Source: Octopus sinensis
Lineage: Eukaryota
DNA length: 64,000 bases
Direction of reading: 5' to 3'
Assembly (NCBI RefSeq): GCF_006345805.1
Contig: NC_043007.1
Location: forward strand, 14,570,001-14,634,000
Shown: positions 12,234 to 25,440 of the stretch, one piece after another
Position numbering within the stretch: position 1 is the stretch's first letter
How the letters are laid out: each line of letters begins with the position of its first letter
Made by a program: the position numbers and the translations under genes
The notes under the pieces: generated by a model
Database searches by the model: none
What the model was told of the DNA's origin: nothing
The model's input: only the letters and a program-made list of their open reading frames with translations

Positions 12234-13121
12234 TAAATCAAAGATGCTGATCCTGAACCCACACTCAGAATTGTTCAAGCCTGTCAGGATTTTGAATTAT
12301 GCACAAGATTATAACTATACTTTCAGCTAGATATCAGCCGTATTATAAAATTTGGTAAAATGAAAGCAGTCTTAATTCAAAATGAAAGAAATAACAGCAA
12401 TAAAACAAACGATGAGAAAGTTCATTATTTAGTTTAGCAATAGGTGGTGCTGACGTATTGTGTGCAAGCACCAAATACCTCAGTTTGTTCTTGGTAACAC
12501 TCAGTGTCATTGGCGCTGCTGTCGTGTGTGGTATGTGTACCTCTCGCTCTGCGTCATTACTGTTTTAACTGTATTCATTGTGTTAGATCATGAATAGGAG
12601 AGGCTGTGTCAATCACCCAGACAACTTTTGTTATGTCTGTAGAAAATTTGCTCTGCGTGACCAGTGGATGAACATTGCTACCAAATTAAAAATTGCCTGT
12701 AAATATTATTTTGGGTGTAAAGTTGGGGACCAATTGAGCTGACGTCATGGGATTCATTTGTGTTAGTTGTACAGAACTTTCTAGGGAAATCAGAGGAAAA
12801 TTATACTGATTTAATAAACAATATGCTGACAGTGTATGAAAGAATGGGATGCTGAATGTCCCTTAAAAAGCACTTCTCAACTTGATTTTTTTCCAATGAA
12901 CCTTGGTGCCCTTAGTGATGAGCATAGTGAGAGGTTCCACCAGGACATATCTGAGATGGAAATGAGGTATCAAGGCCAGTTCAATCCACACACGATGGGT
13001 GACTACTGCTGGTTCTTACAATGGAAGACCAGCACAATGCATAAGCGCAAGAGCAAGTGTCTCAGAGATTTCTGAGCTGAGCATATCAAAAATAAAGCAA
13101 GTACTCTCTTAATATAAATAT

Positions 13122-13532
13122 AGGTGCAGGAGTGGCTGTGTGGTAAGTAGCTTGCTTACCAACTACATGGTTCTGGGTTCAGTCCCACTGCGTGGCACCT
13201 TGGGCATGTGTCTTCTACTATAGCCTCAGGTCGACCAAAGCCTTGTGAGTGAATTTGGCAGACGGAAACTGAAAGAAGCCCATCGTATATATGTATATAT
13301 ATATATATATATATGTGTGTATATGTTTATGCGTTTGTGTTTGTCCCCCCCAACATCGCTTGACAACCGACGCTGGAGTGTTTACGTCTCCGTAACTTAG
13401 CAGTTCGACAAAAGAGACTGATAGAATAAGTACTAGGCTTACAAAGAATACGTCCTGGTGTCGATTTGCTCGACTAAAGGTGGTGCTCCAGCATGGCCAC
13501 AGTCAAATGACTGAAACAAGTAAAAGAGAGAG
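13122..13532 (+). mobile_element. SINE family B nested in Chapaev3
   Basis: Full-length match to the copy at 7769. Confidence 0.9.
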
Positions 13533-14100
13533 TATACTATGTACCATTATATGATGATACTATTTGCCTTGAACATAAATTTACTATATACAGTACTAAT
13601 ATACTACTATAATAATTATTTACCTTGAACTTAACTATTCCTGAATCTATTATAGCATTAATATATAATTATGCGCATAACTCAAAATCTTGACATGCTA
13701 CAGTGATTCTGAGTTCAGATTCGGAATCGGCACACTCGATTTAATTTAGTAAGCACCATTTGTCTGGGTAGCAGACAATAAATCTTTTTTTGTTGCCCAG
13801 TGTAACTGAAATACATTTAATACATATAGTTCAAGTGGTTACATAACAAATTATGTAATTTCTGGTATAATCTTTGTAATTGGTTTGCAACACAATTTCT
13901 AATAATAATTGACTTTTGTTAATAATAATAATCTAGCCTGTCCCGATGGGAATGATACAATTATAACGCAATTTGGGAATACAAGTGGAATGTTTATCTG
14001 GAAACCGAGTCAAAACATTGGTAAAATGTACAGCATCAAGACACTACTCTCTCTCTCTAACATAACAATCATGTAACCTTTATATAATATATATATATAT

Positions 14101-14402
14101 ATGGTTCCAGGTTCAATCCCACTATGTGACATCTTGGGTGTCTTCTACTATAGCCTCGGGCTAACCAAAGCCATGTGAGTGGATTTGGTAGACAGAAACT
14201 GAAAGAAGCCCGTCGTGTGTGTTTGTCCCTCCACCATTGCTTGACAACCAATGTTGGTGTGTTTACGTCCCCGTCACTTAGCAGTTCAGCAAAAAGATAC
14301 TAGGCTTACAAAGAATAAGTCCTGGGATTGATTTGTTCGACTAAAAGCGGTGCTCCAGCAGGGCCGCAGTCAAATGACTGAAACAAGTAAAAGAATAAGA
14401 GA
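14101..14402 (+). mobile_element. SINE family B, 5' truncated
   Basis: Body and tail match other B copies. Confidence 0.85.
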
Positions 14403-14564
14403 ATATATATACACACACACATTCATACATATTCTCTCTCTCTCTCTCTCTAGACAGATAGACAGACAGACACATGCTCGTGCAGAGACAGAGTTATATG
14501 GTTTAACCGGAACTGGTAAGCTCTACTAAGTACCAGTCTGATTCTGGCTTGGTTTCTACATTTT

Positions 14565-15090
14565 CCTTTTATTTCTCACTGGTTTCAGTCATTAGACTGC
14601 GACCATGCTGGGGCACTGCCTCGAAGGATTTTAGCCAAACAAATCAACCCCAATAATTGTTTTCCCTCTCTCTCCCTCCCCTCTCTCTCTTTCGGAGAGG
14701 CACTGAGCAGCTATACGCACACATACACACACGGCAGGAACTCCCGCCTACCGAATTCAATCACAAAGCTTCGGTCGGCTCGGGGCTATAGTGGAAGACA
14801 CCTACCCAAAGTGCCACGTAGTGGGACTGAACCCGAAACCATGTAGCTAGGAAGCAAGCTCCCTAACCACACAGCCATGCCCAAAACCTGATACTCATTT
14901 TCTTGTTCCCTTTCACTGAAACGCTAAGTGATAGGGGCACAAACACACCAAAACCAGTTGTCAAGCAGTGATGGGGGACAAACACACACACGACAGGCTT
15001 CTTTCAGTTTCCCTCTAGCAAACCTACTCATAAGGCTTTGGTCAGCCAAAACTATAGAAGACACCCAAGTTTGGAAAGTAAACTTCTTAT
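14565..15090 (-). mobile_element. Nested diverged family B SINEs
   Basis: Reverse-complement B tail (TTTCAGTCATTAGACTGCGACCATGCTGGGGCAC) and head (ACCACACAGCCATGC), interleaved. Confidence 0.7.
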
Positions 15091-15134
15091 CTATCTATAC
15101 ATATATTCAATTAATAATTATATATATATTCCGA

Positions 15135-15293
15135 CAGTGGCCGTTGCCAGCCTCGCCTGGCACCTGTGCAGGTGGCACGTAAAAAGCACCCACTACACTC
15201 ACGGAGTGGTTGGCGTTAGGAAGGGCATCCAGCTGTAGAAACATTGCCAGATAAGACTGGCATGGAGAACGGACGTTAAACGATGATGATGAT
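15135..15293 (+). mobile_element. Family D fragment
   Basis: GGTGGCACGTAAAAAGCACCCACTACAC...GGACGTTAAACGATGATGAT. Confidence 0.85.
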
Positions 15294-15736
15294 ATGTATA
15301 TAATTATATTACGGGAGCAAGGGCGAAAAGAACAACCTATCTCCAACCTACTTGAATGCTGAGGCATTCAGATACTACCAAAAAAAAACCAAAAAATATT
15401 CTAGTATCTATATATCTTATATATATCTTCTCTCCTTCTCTATTTATATCCGCCATATGTGTTTCCCCACTAAAATATTTTCTACCTCATATATATATAT
15501 TACATATACATAAATATACATACATGCACACATTCATTATTAAAGCTCAGGTATGGCCACACAGCTTAAGAAGTTTGCTTTGTGTCCACTTGGCTCCAGG
15601 TTTGATCCCTCTGCCTGGTACCTTGGGCAAGTGTTTCCTACTATAGCCTTTAGTTAACCAATGCCAGGTGAGTGAAATTAGGCCGACACAAACAGTATGG
15701 AGTAAACCTGTCGTATGTATGTGTACATGGATGCGT

Positions 15737-15890
15737 GTGAGTGAGGAGTGAGTGAGTGAGTGAGTGAGTGAGTGAGTGAGGAGTGAGTGAGTGAGTGAGT
15801 GAGTGAGTGAGTGAGTGAGTGAGTGAGTGAGTGAGTGAGTGAGAGTGAGAGAGAGAGTGTGTGTGTGTGTGTGCGCGCGCGTGCGTGTGT
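15737..15890. repeat. Compound microsatellite (GAGT)n(GA)n(GT)n
   Basis: Directly visible. Confidence 0.95.
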
Positions 15891-16154
15891 CTTTCCATGA
15901 CTTTGCATTGACACAGTTTTGGCAGCAGTGGTGGTATTTATGTCCTGCATAAATTATAAGACCAGTAGTTTGGTGGGTTGAAGTGCAGAGACATGGAATG
16001 AAGCACCTTGTGCGAAAATAAAGCTTGGTGTCAGTGAGAGCATATGATCACAGAATACTGCCTGCCACAAAAACTATTGTCCACCTCATACCAGCAAAGA
16101 GAGAATGGACATGTAAATGAGTTAATTACTCACATATGCATGCATACACACACA

Positions 16155-16510
16155 GTCTTATTCTTTCACTTGCTACAGTCAGTTGACTGTGGCCATACTG
16201 GAGCACCACCTTGAAGGGTTTTAGTCAAGCACATTGACCCCCCCCCCGCCTCCCAGGATTTATTTTTTAAGCCTAGTACTTATTTTAATTTTATTGGGCT
16301 CTTTTGCTGAACTGCTAAGTTACGGGGACGTAAACACACAAACACCCACTGATTGTCAAGCGATGACACACACACACAATGGGCTTCAATCAGTTTCCAT
16401 CTACCAAATCCACTCACAAGGTATCGGTCAGCCCAAGGCTATAGTGACGACACTTGCCCAAGGTGCCAAGCAGTGAGACTGAACCTGGAACCATGTGGTT
16501 GGGAAGCAAT
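16155..16510 (-). mobile_element. SINE family B
   Basis: Reverse complement of B body and tail. Confidence 0.8.
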
Positions 16511-17139
16511 ACAAGAAAAAAATTTTAAGTAAATTAAAACAATGAACAAAAAACCAACCGCTATGCAAAACAGAGACAGACAGGGAGGGAGAAAGAGAGA
16601 GATAGAGAGAGAGACAGACAGACACACACACAGAAGAAGAAAAGAGACGCACAGAGATTTCAAACCCTACCAATAACAAGGGCTCGTTTACTCAATTACC
16701 TCCAAAAGCTGACCCACATTACAAATGAGAAGGCAGCCAAGTGTAAAACATTACTTGCTCCAGTAATTAATATACAGATTAGAATCTTCAAAGCTAATCC
16801 TCTCAGCAGTTGGCATTTGGTGAGAATCCAGTTGTAAAGATCTTGTGCCAAAGAAAACACCCATCTTACTTACTAATGTGCCATCAAGGAGGACACAAAC
16901 TAGGATATTATTACTATCACGATGATGAAGGTGGTGGCTGTGCACTAATGTAGAATAAACAGTCTTAATAGAAAAGTTCAACACAATCAGATTGAGAGCT
17001 GAAATCTGCTGTAGATATTTTGGGTCCTTGGGAAGGACTTAATTCAACATGTTTCAGGAATAGGGATCAAATCATCTGGTAATGTCTAGCATCTAGCACT
17101 ACAGACTAACATCTAACGAGTAAAAAAATGGGGACAAAA

Positions 17140-17505
17140 TCATCATCATCATTGTTTAACGTCCGTTTTCCATGCTAGCATGGGTTGGACGGTTCAACTG
17201 GGGTCTGGGAAGCCAGGAGGCTGTGCCAGGCCCAGTCTGATTTGGCAGTGTTTCTACAGCTGGATGCCCTTCCTAACGCCAACCACTCCGAGAGTGTAGT
17301 GGGTGCTTTTTATGTGCCATCTGCACAGGTGCCAGACGAGGCTAGCAACGGCCACAATCGGATGGTGCTTTTTCGTGCCACCGGCACGGAGGCCAGTTGG
17401 GGCGGCGCTGGCAACGGCCACGTTCAGACAGTTCTCTTACGTGCCACCGGCACGGGTATCTCAGCTATAATTGTCATTGATGTTGAAAGATTTTGATTTT
17501 GATTT
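17140..17505 (-). mobile_element. Family D with three tandem modules
   Basis: (CAT)n start on the plus strand and repeated GTGCCACC modules. Confidence 0.85.
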
Positions 17506-17970
17506 TCGAAATGAAACTAAAGACAACTGACGAAAACAGCAAATCTCACTCAAAGACACAGTGTGCCACCAGAAATCAACCAACGCTAACTACTAAGCCG
17601 CACGCCTTCACATTTATACAATAATGGCAACAATTTTGGAAACAAATGATGATATATCAATTCACCAGTAATATATTTACAACAAACCAAAACAGAATAA
17701 CAAGAATGCCTATCTATTTGAATTGTAATTAATATGTCCAAACGATAAACAATAGTTGCTTCTTTGTACTGTTTTTGTTAATTACTAGGCTTTGTTTTAA
17801 TCATAAATTACTAACTTTTTTTTACATTTCTTCTAAATGTTTTCCCTCTGTGTAGTGAATGTAGTGTGGGATATTTTTATAATTGTTTTTATTTTATTAT
17901 ATTAATTACTAACAGTAGAATTACGAAGTCATAAAAGTCCCATGCATTTGCGTGCCCACCACTTATTGTA

Positions 17971-19228
17971 AAGGGCAAGTGAAATAATGGAAGCATTTTA
18001 AAATTTCAAACAAATTTATTTTATTAAGGGATAGGATGGATTTTGGCAGTAATTACAGCTTGAATTCTACGAGGTATGGACTCATACAAGGTTTGAATTA
18101 TTTCTAAAGGAATTTTTGTCCATTCTTCAACTAAAACAGTCTCCAGTTCTTGTAGTGTTGATGGTGGAGGATATCGACTCTTTACCTGTCTTTCTAAAAT
18201 GCACCATAAATGTTCAATAATATTCAGATCTGGGGACTATGGTGGCCAGATAAGATGTTCAACTTTACTAGAATGTTCCTTATGCCATTCAGTAACAACT
18301 TTAGCTGTGTGAATTGGAGCATTATCATCCTGAAAGATTGCATTTCTCTCCAGAAACCGTTCCGTAACCACAGGATGAATTTGATCAGATAACATGCTTA
18401 AATAGTCTTGACTATTAATTCTGGTCATGAAGGGAAACTATTGGGCTGGCGGATTTCCAAGATATAGCCCCAGCAAATCATCACAGATCCTTCTAAATGC
18501 TTAGCAGTTGGAAGAAGGCAGTTTGAGTCAAATGCTTCAATTGACTGCCTCCTCTTGTATACTCAGCCGGTGGTTGGAAATAAGGTAAAAGATGATTTGT
18601 CCAAGAAAATAACATTCTTCCACTGCTCTAGGGACCAATTCTGTAGGTTTTTACTCCACTCTAAACGCTTTGCAACTGAAAGTGGTTGTTTTCTGATTGC
18701 AACCCTCCCGTGAAATCCGGCTTTGTGCAGCTCGCAGCAAACACTTTTTGTGGAAACTGGGTTCTCGAGGTGGTCATTAAGCTCTACAGTAATTTTGGGA
18801 GCTGTACTTTTGTGATCCTTTCTAACAATTCACATTAGAGTCTGACAGTCCCTATCTGAAAGTTTTGGTTTTCTTCCGGAGTTTTGTTTTGACAAGGAGG
18901 TTTTCCCCTCTTTCTCAAAAGCTGTCATTACTTTTGAGACAGTACTTTTTGATAGACCAAACATTTTCGCTGTTTTTACATTACGCTAGCGCCTGCCATA
19001 TATGAGCACAAACAATTTGACCTCTTTGAAAGTCCGATACATCTATCATTTTAATGAATTTTAATTATCTATTTCTGATAATATCTGAAAAGAAACAGCA
19101 ATTTTAGCAAAACATATTAAGCAACACTAACAAGGAATCAAAAAACAAAAATAAACAAACTTTTCACGGTTTTATAGATATTTCAAAATTATGATGCTAG
19201 GTGTTTCCATTATATTATCCAACATCTG
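17971..19228 (-). mobile_element. Tc1-family transposon relic (DD34E)
   Basis: FQDDNAPIHTAKVV...WPP*SPDLNIIEHLW; N-terminal FQRGQIV...AGASV; TIR CAGATGTTGGATAATATAATGGAAACACC next to TA at the right end, degenerate partner at the left. Confidence 0.9.
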
Positions 19229-19330
19229 TATATCAATACATACATAAATACATACCTAGATATATACATATATAAACATACATATCGATATATATATATA
19301 TACACACACACATATATCCATTTACGTAAA

Positions 19331-19520
19331 TGGTGGCACATAAAAAGCACCCACTACACTCTCAGAGTGGTTGGCGTTAGGAAGGGCATCCAGCTGTAGA
19401 AACACTGCCAGATCAGACTGGGCCTGGCGCAGCCTTCTGGCTTCCCAGACCCCAGTTGAACCGTCCAACACATGCTAGCATGGAAAACGGACTTTAAATG
19501 ATGATGATGATGATGATGAT
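19331..19520 (+). mobile_element. Family D fragment
   Basis: Shared D motifs and (GAT)n tail. Confidence 0.85.
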
Positions 19521-20132
19521 GTATATACATACACACACACACGCACACACCTACATCCATATAATGTATACACATAAGCTTATATATACATTTATGCATA
19601 TATATGTATAAGCATATACTTACATATACGAATATATGTACACATATGCATATATATATACACATATCTACACCATATATGCATATATCTACAAATACAC
19701 ACACGTCTACACATATATAGAAATATATATACATATAAGCATATCTTTATATATATATATATATATATATACATACTGCTCTCTTCTTCTCTGCTCACTC
19801 CTTTTCATGGGAGAGTTTAATTTTGTTTTCTATTTCTAACAGTGTTAGTTTCAATTTAGCCCTTTTCCTATCCCCCAGTTCTCTATTCAACTGGTTTGAT
19901 TTCCCCCGTCTCTGGGAATTCTATTGGCATGTTTGCTGGCCTTTCCTTCTGGCACATATATCTTGTATGGTTGACATAAAATGACCTGGTTTGAGGTCAT
20001 TGTCTTGTATAGAAAAGCTGTCATGCCAGTTTTGATTTACAATCTCTTTGCGAATTGACCTCCAGTCTGCCCTGTGGAAATTCAGGTTGAATATAGCTTG
20101 AGTCCTCCTGATGGGGTGGGTTGTCTAGGACC

Positions 20133-20436
20133 ATCATCATCATCATCATTTAACGTCCGTTTTCCGTGCTAGCACGGGTTGGACGGTTCGACCAGGGTCT
20201 GCACCAGGCTCCAGCCTGATCTGGCAGAGTTTCTACAGCTGGATGCCCTTCCTAACGCCAACCACTCCGCGAGTGTAGTGGGTGCTTTTTACGTGCCACC
20301 TGCACAGGTGCCAGGGGGTTCCGGCATTGGCCATGATCGGTTGGTGCTTTTAATGTGCCACCGGCACGGAAGCCAGCCAAGGCGGCGCTGGCATTGGCCA
20401 CGTTCGGATGGTGCTTTTTATGTGCCACCGGCACTG
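20133..20436 (-). mobile_element. Family D with three tandem modules, nested in the LINE
   Basis: Shared D motifs. Confidence 0.85.
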
Positions 20437-20984
20437 GAGCTAGTCGAGGCAGCGCTACATTGTTAATTCTATAATGTTATGATCTGAAAGAGATGTAGGT
20501 GTTACTTTCACATTATGGATTAGGCTCACATTGTTTGTGAAGCAGAGACCTAAAAAAATATTGCTTCCCCTGGTTGGTTGGAGTATCACTTGTTCCATGA
20601 AACATTATGTTGGAGAGTTCTAACAAATATTTTGCCTGGCTTTGTTCATGCAGTGACATCCCGGAGAGGATGTGACCTTCAGGCTATTTAACATTTGGGA
20701 GGTTAAAGTCACCTAGGAAAAGTATATTGATGTGTTGGTCCAGATTTGTCAAGACCTCTTCTTATGCATCCGAGGCTATCCTCAAATTTACCATCCTGCT
20801 TTGCAGTATTTGGCGGACGGTATCTTGAGCATACAGCTACATCAATTTGTTTTATGTGTACTATTAAAGTGTCACAGGCAGAGTTTGAGTGTGATATGAG
20901 TAGTAGGAGGGTGACATCTTCTCGGATGTACATAGCAACTCCCCTATGACTTCTATCTTTTCAGAGTACGGCATACTCTGGTAT

Positions 20985-21208
20985 GTGGCAGAAACGTTAG
21001 CACGCTGGACGAAATGCTTAGCACTATTTCGTCTGTCGCTACGTTCTGAGCTCAAATTCCATCGAGGTCGACTTTGCCTTTCATCCTTTCGGGGTCGATT
21101 AAATAAGTACCAGTTACGCACTGGAGTTGATATAATCGATTTAATCCCATTGTCTGTCCTTGTTTGTCCTCTCTGTGTTTAGCCCCTTGTGGGTAGTAAA
21201 GAAATAGG
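20985..21208 (+). mobile_element. SINE family A monomer nested in the LINE
   Basis: Match to family A; ends GAAATAGG. Confidence 0.9.
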
Positions 21209-22863
21209 TATGTTTATCTCCGCATCTGCTATGTTAGATGCGTTTCGGTAAGCACCATGCATAATGCTTGATTGCATGCAGCTAGGTCTTTCAGTATAGG
21301 CCCCGGATATTCAGTAGGAATATGGGTGTGATATTTGTGCAGGGGTCTCTGGTGTTAGTGGTGACCATCCTGGATCCCTCGTCTGTGGTGGTCTTGGATA
21401 GTGGTTTGTATGATGTTGACTCTGTACCCTCTGTATCCATGTTAGTTGATGCACTATTTTCTAAGCCATGCTTAAAAAAGTTTGTTGTTCAGATGCTGCA
21501 GTTCGCACAGCCTCTGCATGTAGCTTTTTGTTGGGAGCAGAAGGAATATGTGGACTTCTTTCCTTGTGAATCCTGTTGGTTCTTAGTGGATTATGGGTAT
21601 GCAGGTTCAAGTTTTTTGGTCACCCTTTTCTACGCTCCTGCTTAAGTTTGTTGTGGGTAGTCATCAAGCATGTTTAGCTGCTGGTGTTTGGGATGGGCAA
21701 ATTTGCAGTTTGCTCCCTTTTCCCGGTGCCAATAGGTATCATTTAGGTAGAATTTACAGATAATCTATTTCTTTGCGCAACATACTTGGGCTTCACACTT
21801 GTTAGTGTTCACCATTTCTTTGTCTGCAGTTTTTAGCGAAGCGATTAACATTTGATCCTCACGATCAGCTGACTTAATTCTACATTTCACTACTCAGTTT
21901 TGAACTGCTAAACATTATTATTGCACTTCCTTAATTTGAATCTTAAACATTAAAGACTTCATTCATACATTTCTATACACACATACTTTTTTGAATGCCC
22001 ATTACTCCAATAATTCTGCATTTTTACAGTTACACTTTCCCCATGACAGGAGATAAATTTTTTTTCCACAGCATATTTGTAGTGGCATCATGCAGGTATA
22101 GCGTGGATACGATCCCCGATTGCCAAATTTCACTTAACACTTCAACAGCGCTTTTCTCAAGGTAAAACAATAGTTTTTCTGTGAACAACATCTCTCACCA
22201 ACCTCCGACAACCTCTCTTCTCTAGCTAACAATTTTTGTTCTTTTACATGACAAAAAATACACCTTTTGTGGCAGTTATAAGGAAATTGCTTTCTTGTAT
22301 AAGAGTAATAAGGCGTTTTAATAGAACATCTTTACCCCCAGGAATTACCGGGTACACCGGCTAGTATATACATTAGACCTCACAGATACTGAAAAAAGAC
22401 TTTTGTCCATGTTTTTGTGTGTGTTTTTGTTTGTGTACCCCCACCATCGCTTGACAACTGATGTTGCTGTGTTTGCGTGCTTGTAACTTAGCAGTTCAGG
22501 AAAAACACTGATAGAATAAGTACTAGGCTCACTAAGAATAGATCCTGTGGTCAATTTTTTCAACTGAAGGCGGTGCTCAAGCATGGCCGCAGTCACATGA
22601 CAAACAAGTGAAACAATAAAAAGCCATACTATTTTAAACCTAAGCAAAATCAGGTATCACATTTCAATGGAGAAGCTATTGTTTCACTTTGGCACGTAAT
22701 ACTGAAACAGCGCAAGAGATGGATCCCAACTCACATTAGGCAAGAAGTTAAAAATCTTTTTGGCACATGACACTTCATGGACCCTAAGTAATGCATGTGT
22801 AAAATTTGAATGAAATCTGGGTAGTTCTCGAGTTTTAGTGTTGCACACACAGACACATTCTCA

Positions 22864-22906
<43 letters not shown>

Positions 22907-23634
22907 CTTGTGCATTATTCTATAGCTTTGAAATTTTGATGATGTGGTTTGTCAATTTTTGAAATGGCATTGAAGGGTAAGTGTGATAGACTGGACCAGG
23001 CTGGTTAGAACACAAAAGTGGTTGTATACTTGGGCCACATATGGCTATTTTAAATGCTCAAGAGTTAACCTAGCTACCTTCATAGCTCTGTCTTTAAAAA
23101 AAATTTTTTTTATGTATCCCAGCAACCACCTCTTACAAAGAGGTCATATTTGACTGGTAAAATTCAGAATACAGATTAGTATCAAAACTAATATAATCCT
23201 GTTTTGGTGAACTTCTACATTTGCTGTTTAACCACAAGACAGACTTAAACAGAGCTATGATCAAAGAGTACCGACCACAGTTTAGTACATCCAGGAATAC
23301 TTTATCCAATGCATCATACCTTTTTATTATTGTAGGGTGTAATTTGAGGGAGGTTTGACTATTATATCTAGCAGACAGAGCGACAAAGGCAGCAGAAGGT
23401 AAATTAATGAACTGAGTAGGATATTTAGTATGTTTATGTAACCTGAACTTTGAAGTCAGATTAAGTAACAATGAGTTTCATAATGTCAGACCAGTGAATA
23501 GAAGATAGCACCAACAAGATACAGTTGGGGTTGAAAACTGCAATATTATAATTAAATGTGTGAAGTAGATGAAGGTGAAATAAACTTAGTTTGAGGCAGA
23601 TGGATACAATTTTAATGCCAAAATGCCACCTTTT

Positions 23635-24211
23635 CTTTGTCTCTTCGTTGCCCTATTCAAGCCTAGCCAGGCTCATGGGCCCGGGTTTCTGTGGCATATG
23701 TGTTCCTCCCCAGCTGGACGGGATGCCACTCCATTGCAGCGTTACTCAATAAACAGGAAGAGAGAGTGAGAGAAAGTTGTGGCGAAAGAGTACAACAGGG
23801 GTCACCAACCCCCACCACCCCCCACCCCGCAGGAGCCTCGTGGAGCTTTAGGTGTTTCGCTCAATGAACACACACAACGCTCGGTCTGGAAATCAAAACC
23901 GCGATCCTCCGACCATGAGTCCACTGCCCTAACCACTGGGCCATTGCGCCTCCACAAATAAATGAGCCCTTTTTAAAGCCTAGCCAGGCTCATGAGCCCA
24001 GTTTCCTGGTTTCTATGGTGTATGTGTTCCCCAGCTGGATGGGAGGCCAGTCCATCGCAGCGTTACTCATTTTTGCTAGCTGAGTGGACTGAAGCAACGT
24101 GAAATGAAGTGTTTTGCTCAAGAACACAACATGTCGCCTGGTCCAGTAATGGAAACCACAATCTTACGATCATGGTGCTGACACCCTAACCACTAAGCCA
24201 CGCGCCTCCAC
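23635..24211 (-). mobile_element. Two adjacent or nested family C/E-type SINEs
   Basis: Two tRNA heads (ending near 23955 and 24211 on the plus strand), shared tail CTGGCTAGGCTT, outer direct repeat TGCCACCTTTT. Confidence 0.8.
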
Positions 24212-24647
24212 TTGCCACCTTTTAGAAACCAGAAATTATGCAATTTCTAAGGTAGAAAGGAAAGGTTAAATGGTAAGACAACTAATGTCACACGTTATTA
24301 GGGCAGACTAAAATTAGAATACCGTATTATTCATACATTGCTTTTATTAACTTATTTCATCATCTTCATCGTCTAATGTCCACTTTCCATGCTGGCATGG
24401 GTGGATGCTGCGACATGAAGCTTGCCAGCTGGAGGCTGTCCCAAATCCAAGTGTCTGTTGTGGTATAGTTTCTACAGATGGATGCCCTTCATGTGCGAAA
24501 GAAGGTTCTTAAAAGAAACACTCAATCCACCTGCAGTATTAGCCCTCATGTTTCAAGACGTGATGGAAAGGTACTGGTGTTTATATAGTGTTGTAGTAGA
24601 AATACAAATGTTTTACACTCCAAGAATATTTCATAAATATACATATA

Positions 24648-25036
24648 GGCGTAGGAGCGGCTGTGTGGTAAGTAGCTTGCTTACAAACTACATGGTTCCG
24701 AGTTCAGTCCCACCACATGGCACCTTGGGCAAGTGTCTTCTACTATAGCTTCGGACCGACCAAAGCCTTGTGAGTGGATTTGGTAGACGGAAACTGAAAG
24801 AAGCCCGTCGTATGTATGTATATATGTATGTGTGTATATGTTTTTCCCCTCCAACATCGCTTGACAACCGATGCTGGTGTGTTTACGTCCCCGTAACGTA
24901 GCGGTTCGTCAAAAGAGACCGATAGAATAAGCACTAGGCTTACAAAGAATAAGTCCTGGGGCCGACTTGCTCGACTAAAGGCGGTGCTCCAGCATGGCCA
25001 CAGTCAAATGACTGAAACAAGCAAAAGTGTTAAAAA
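24648..25036 (+). mobile_element. SINE family B
   Basis: Full-length; absent from the paralogous site near 34710-34730. Confidence 0.9.
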
Positions 25037-25440
25037 GTATATATGTCGTATGCATACATATCAGATGGCATGTGACTAGGCAATCATTGCGAGCTAGATG
25101 TGAAAGTAAAAGGATAGTTTGATGCGTCATTTAAAGAAATCTTAGACATAAATCTGATCCAATCGGCTCGTGTGTGTGCATGTTATTTGTTATATAAAGC
25201 AAATGTTCCTGGTTGGGCTGTTTATCGTTCTATCTAAAATCCGTGTCTTCCTCAAATTACTCATAATATCCTCAAAGTTCAAACAAGTCAAGCCTGGAAA
25301 TAGTCAAATGCTAAAAAACAATGAATTGAGTAGGTGTGACACAATGTTTACACTACACCATTGGCAGAAGAAGAAGAAAAAGAAGATCTCTGAATGAAAA
25401 AAAACAGGACAAATAGTCATAGTAAAATATGCCACCTTAA

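Larger units (their letters stand above)
11950..13802 (+). mobile_element. Chapaev3-type (CMC) DNA transposon, internally deleted, with two nested SINEs
   Basis: Termini CATTGGACAACAAA...TTTGTTGCCCAGTG, TAA on both flanks, long imperfect TIRs. Coding relics MNRRGCVNHPDNFCYVC...YYFGCKVGDQ (from 12589) and SQLDFFPMNLGALSDEHSERFHQDISEMEMRYQG...DYCW. Confidence 0.85.
19930..22200 (-). mobile_element. 5' portion of a CR1-group LINE (CCCH-type ORF1 plus APE endonuclease), decayed and interrupted by two insertions
   Basis: ORF1 relic ICKFYLNDTYWHREKGANCKFAHPK; endonuclease motifs GVAMYI...YRPP...GDFN...PTRGSNI...LSDHNII; LNFHRADW linker. The 5' boundary is approximate. Confidence 0.8.

Noticed and set aside
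23138-23329. Possible minus-strand exon within ORF 23133-23471
   Set aside because: Donor GTAAGA is present but the acceptor is purine-rich and repeat-derived; no recognisable protein.
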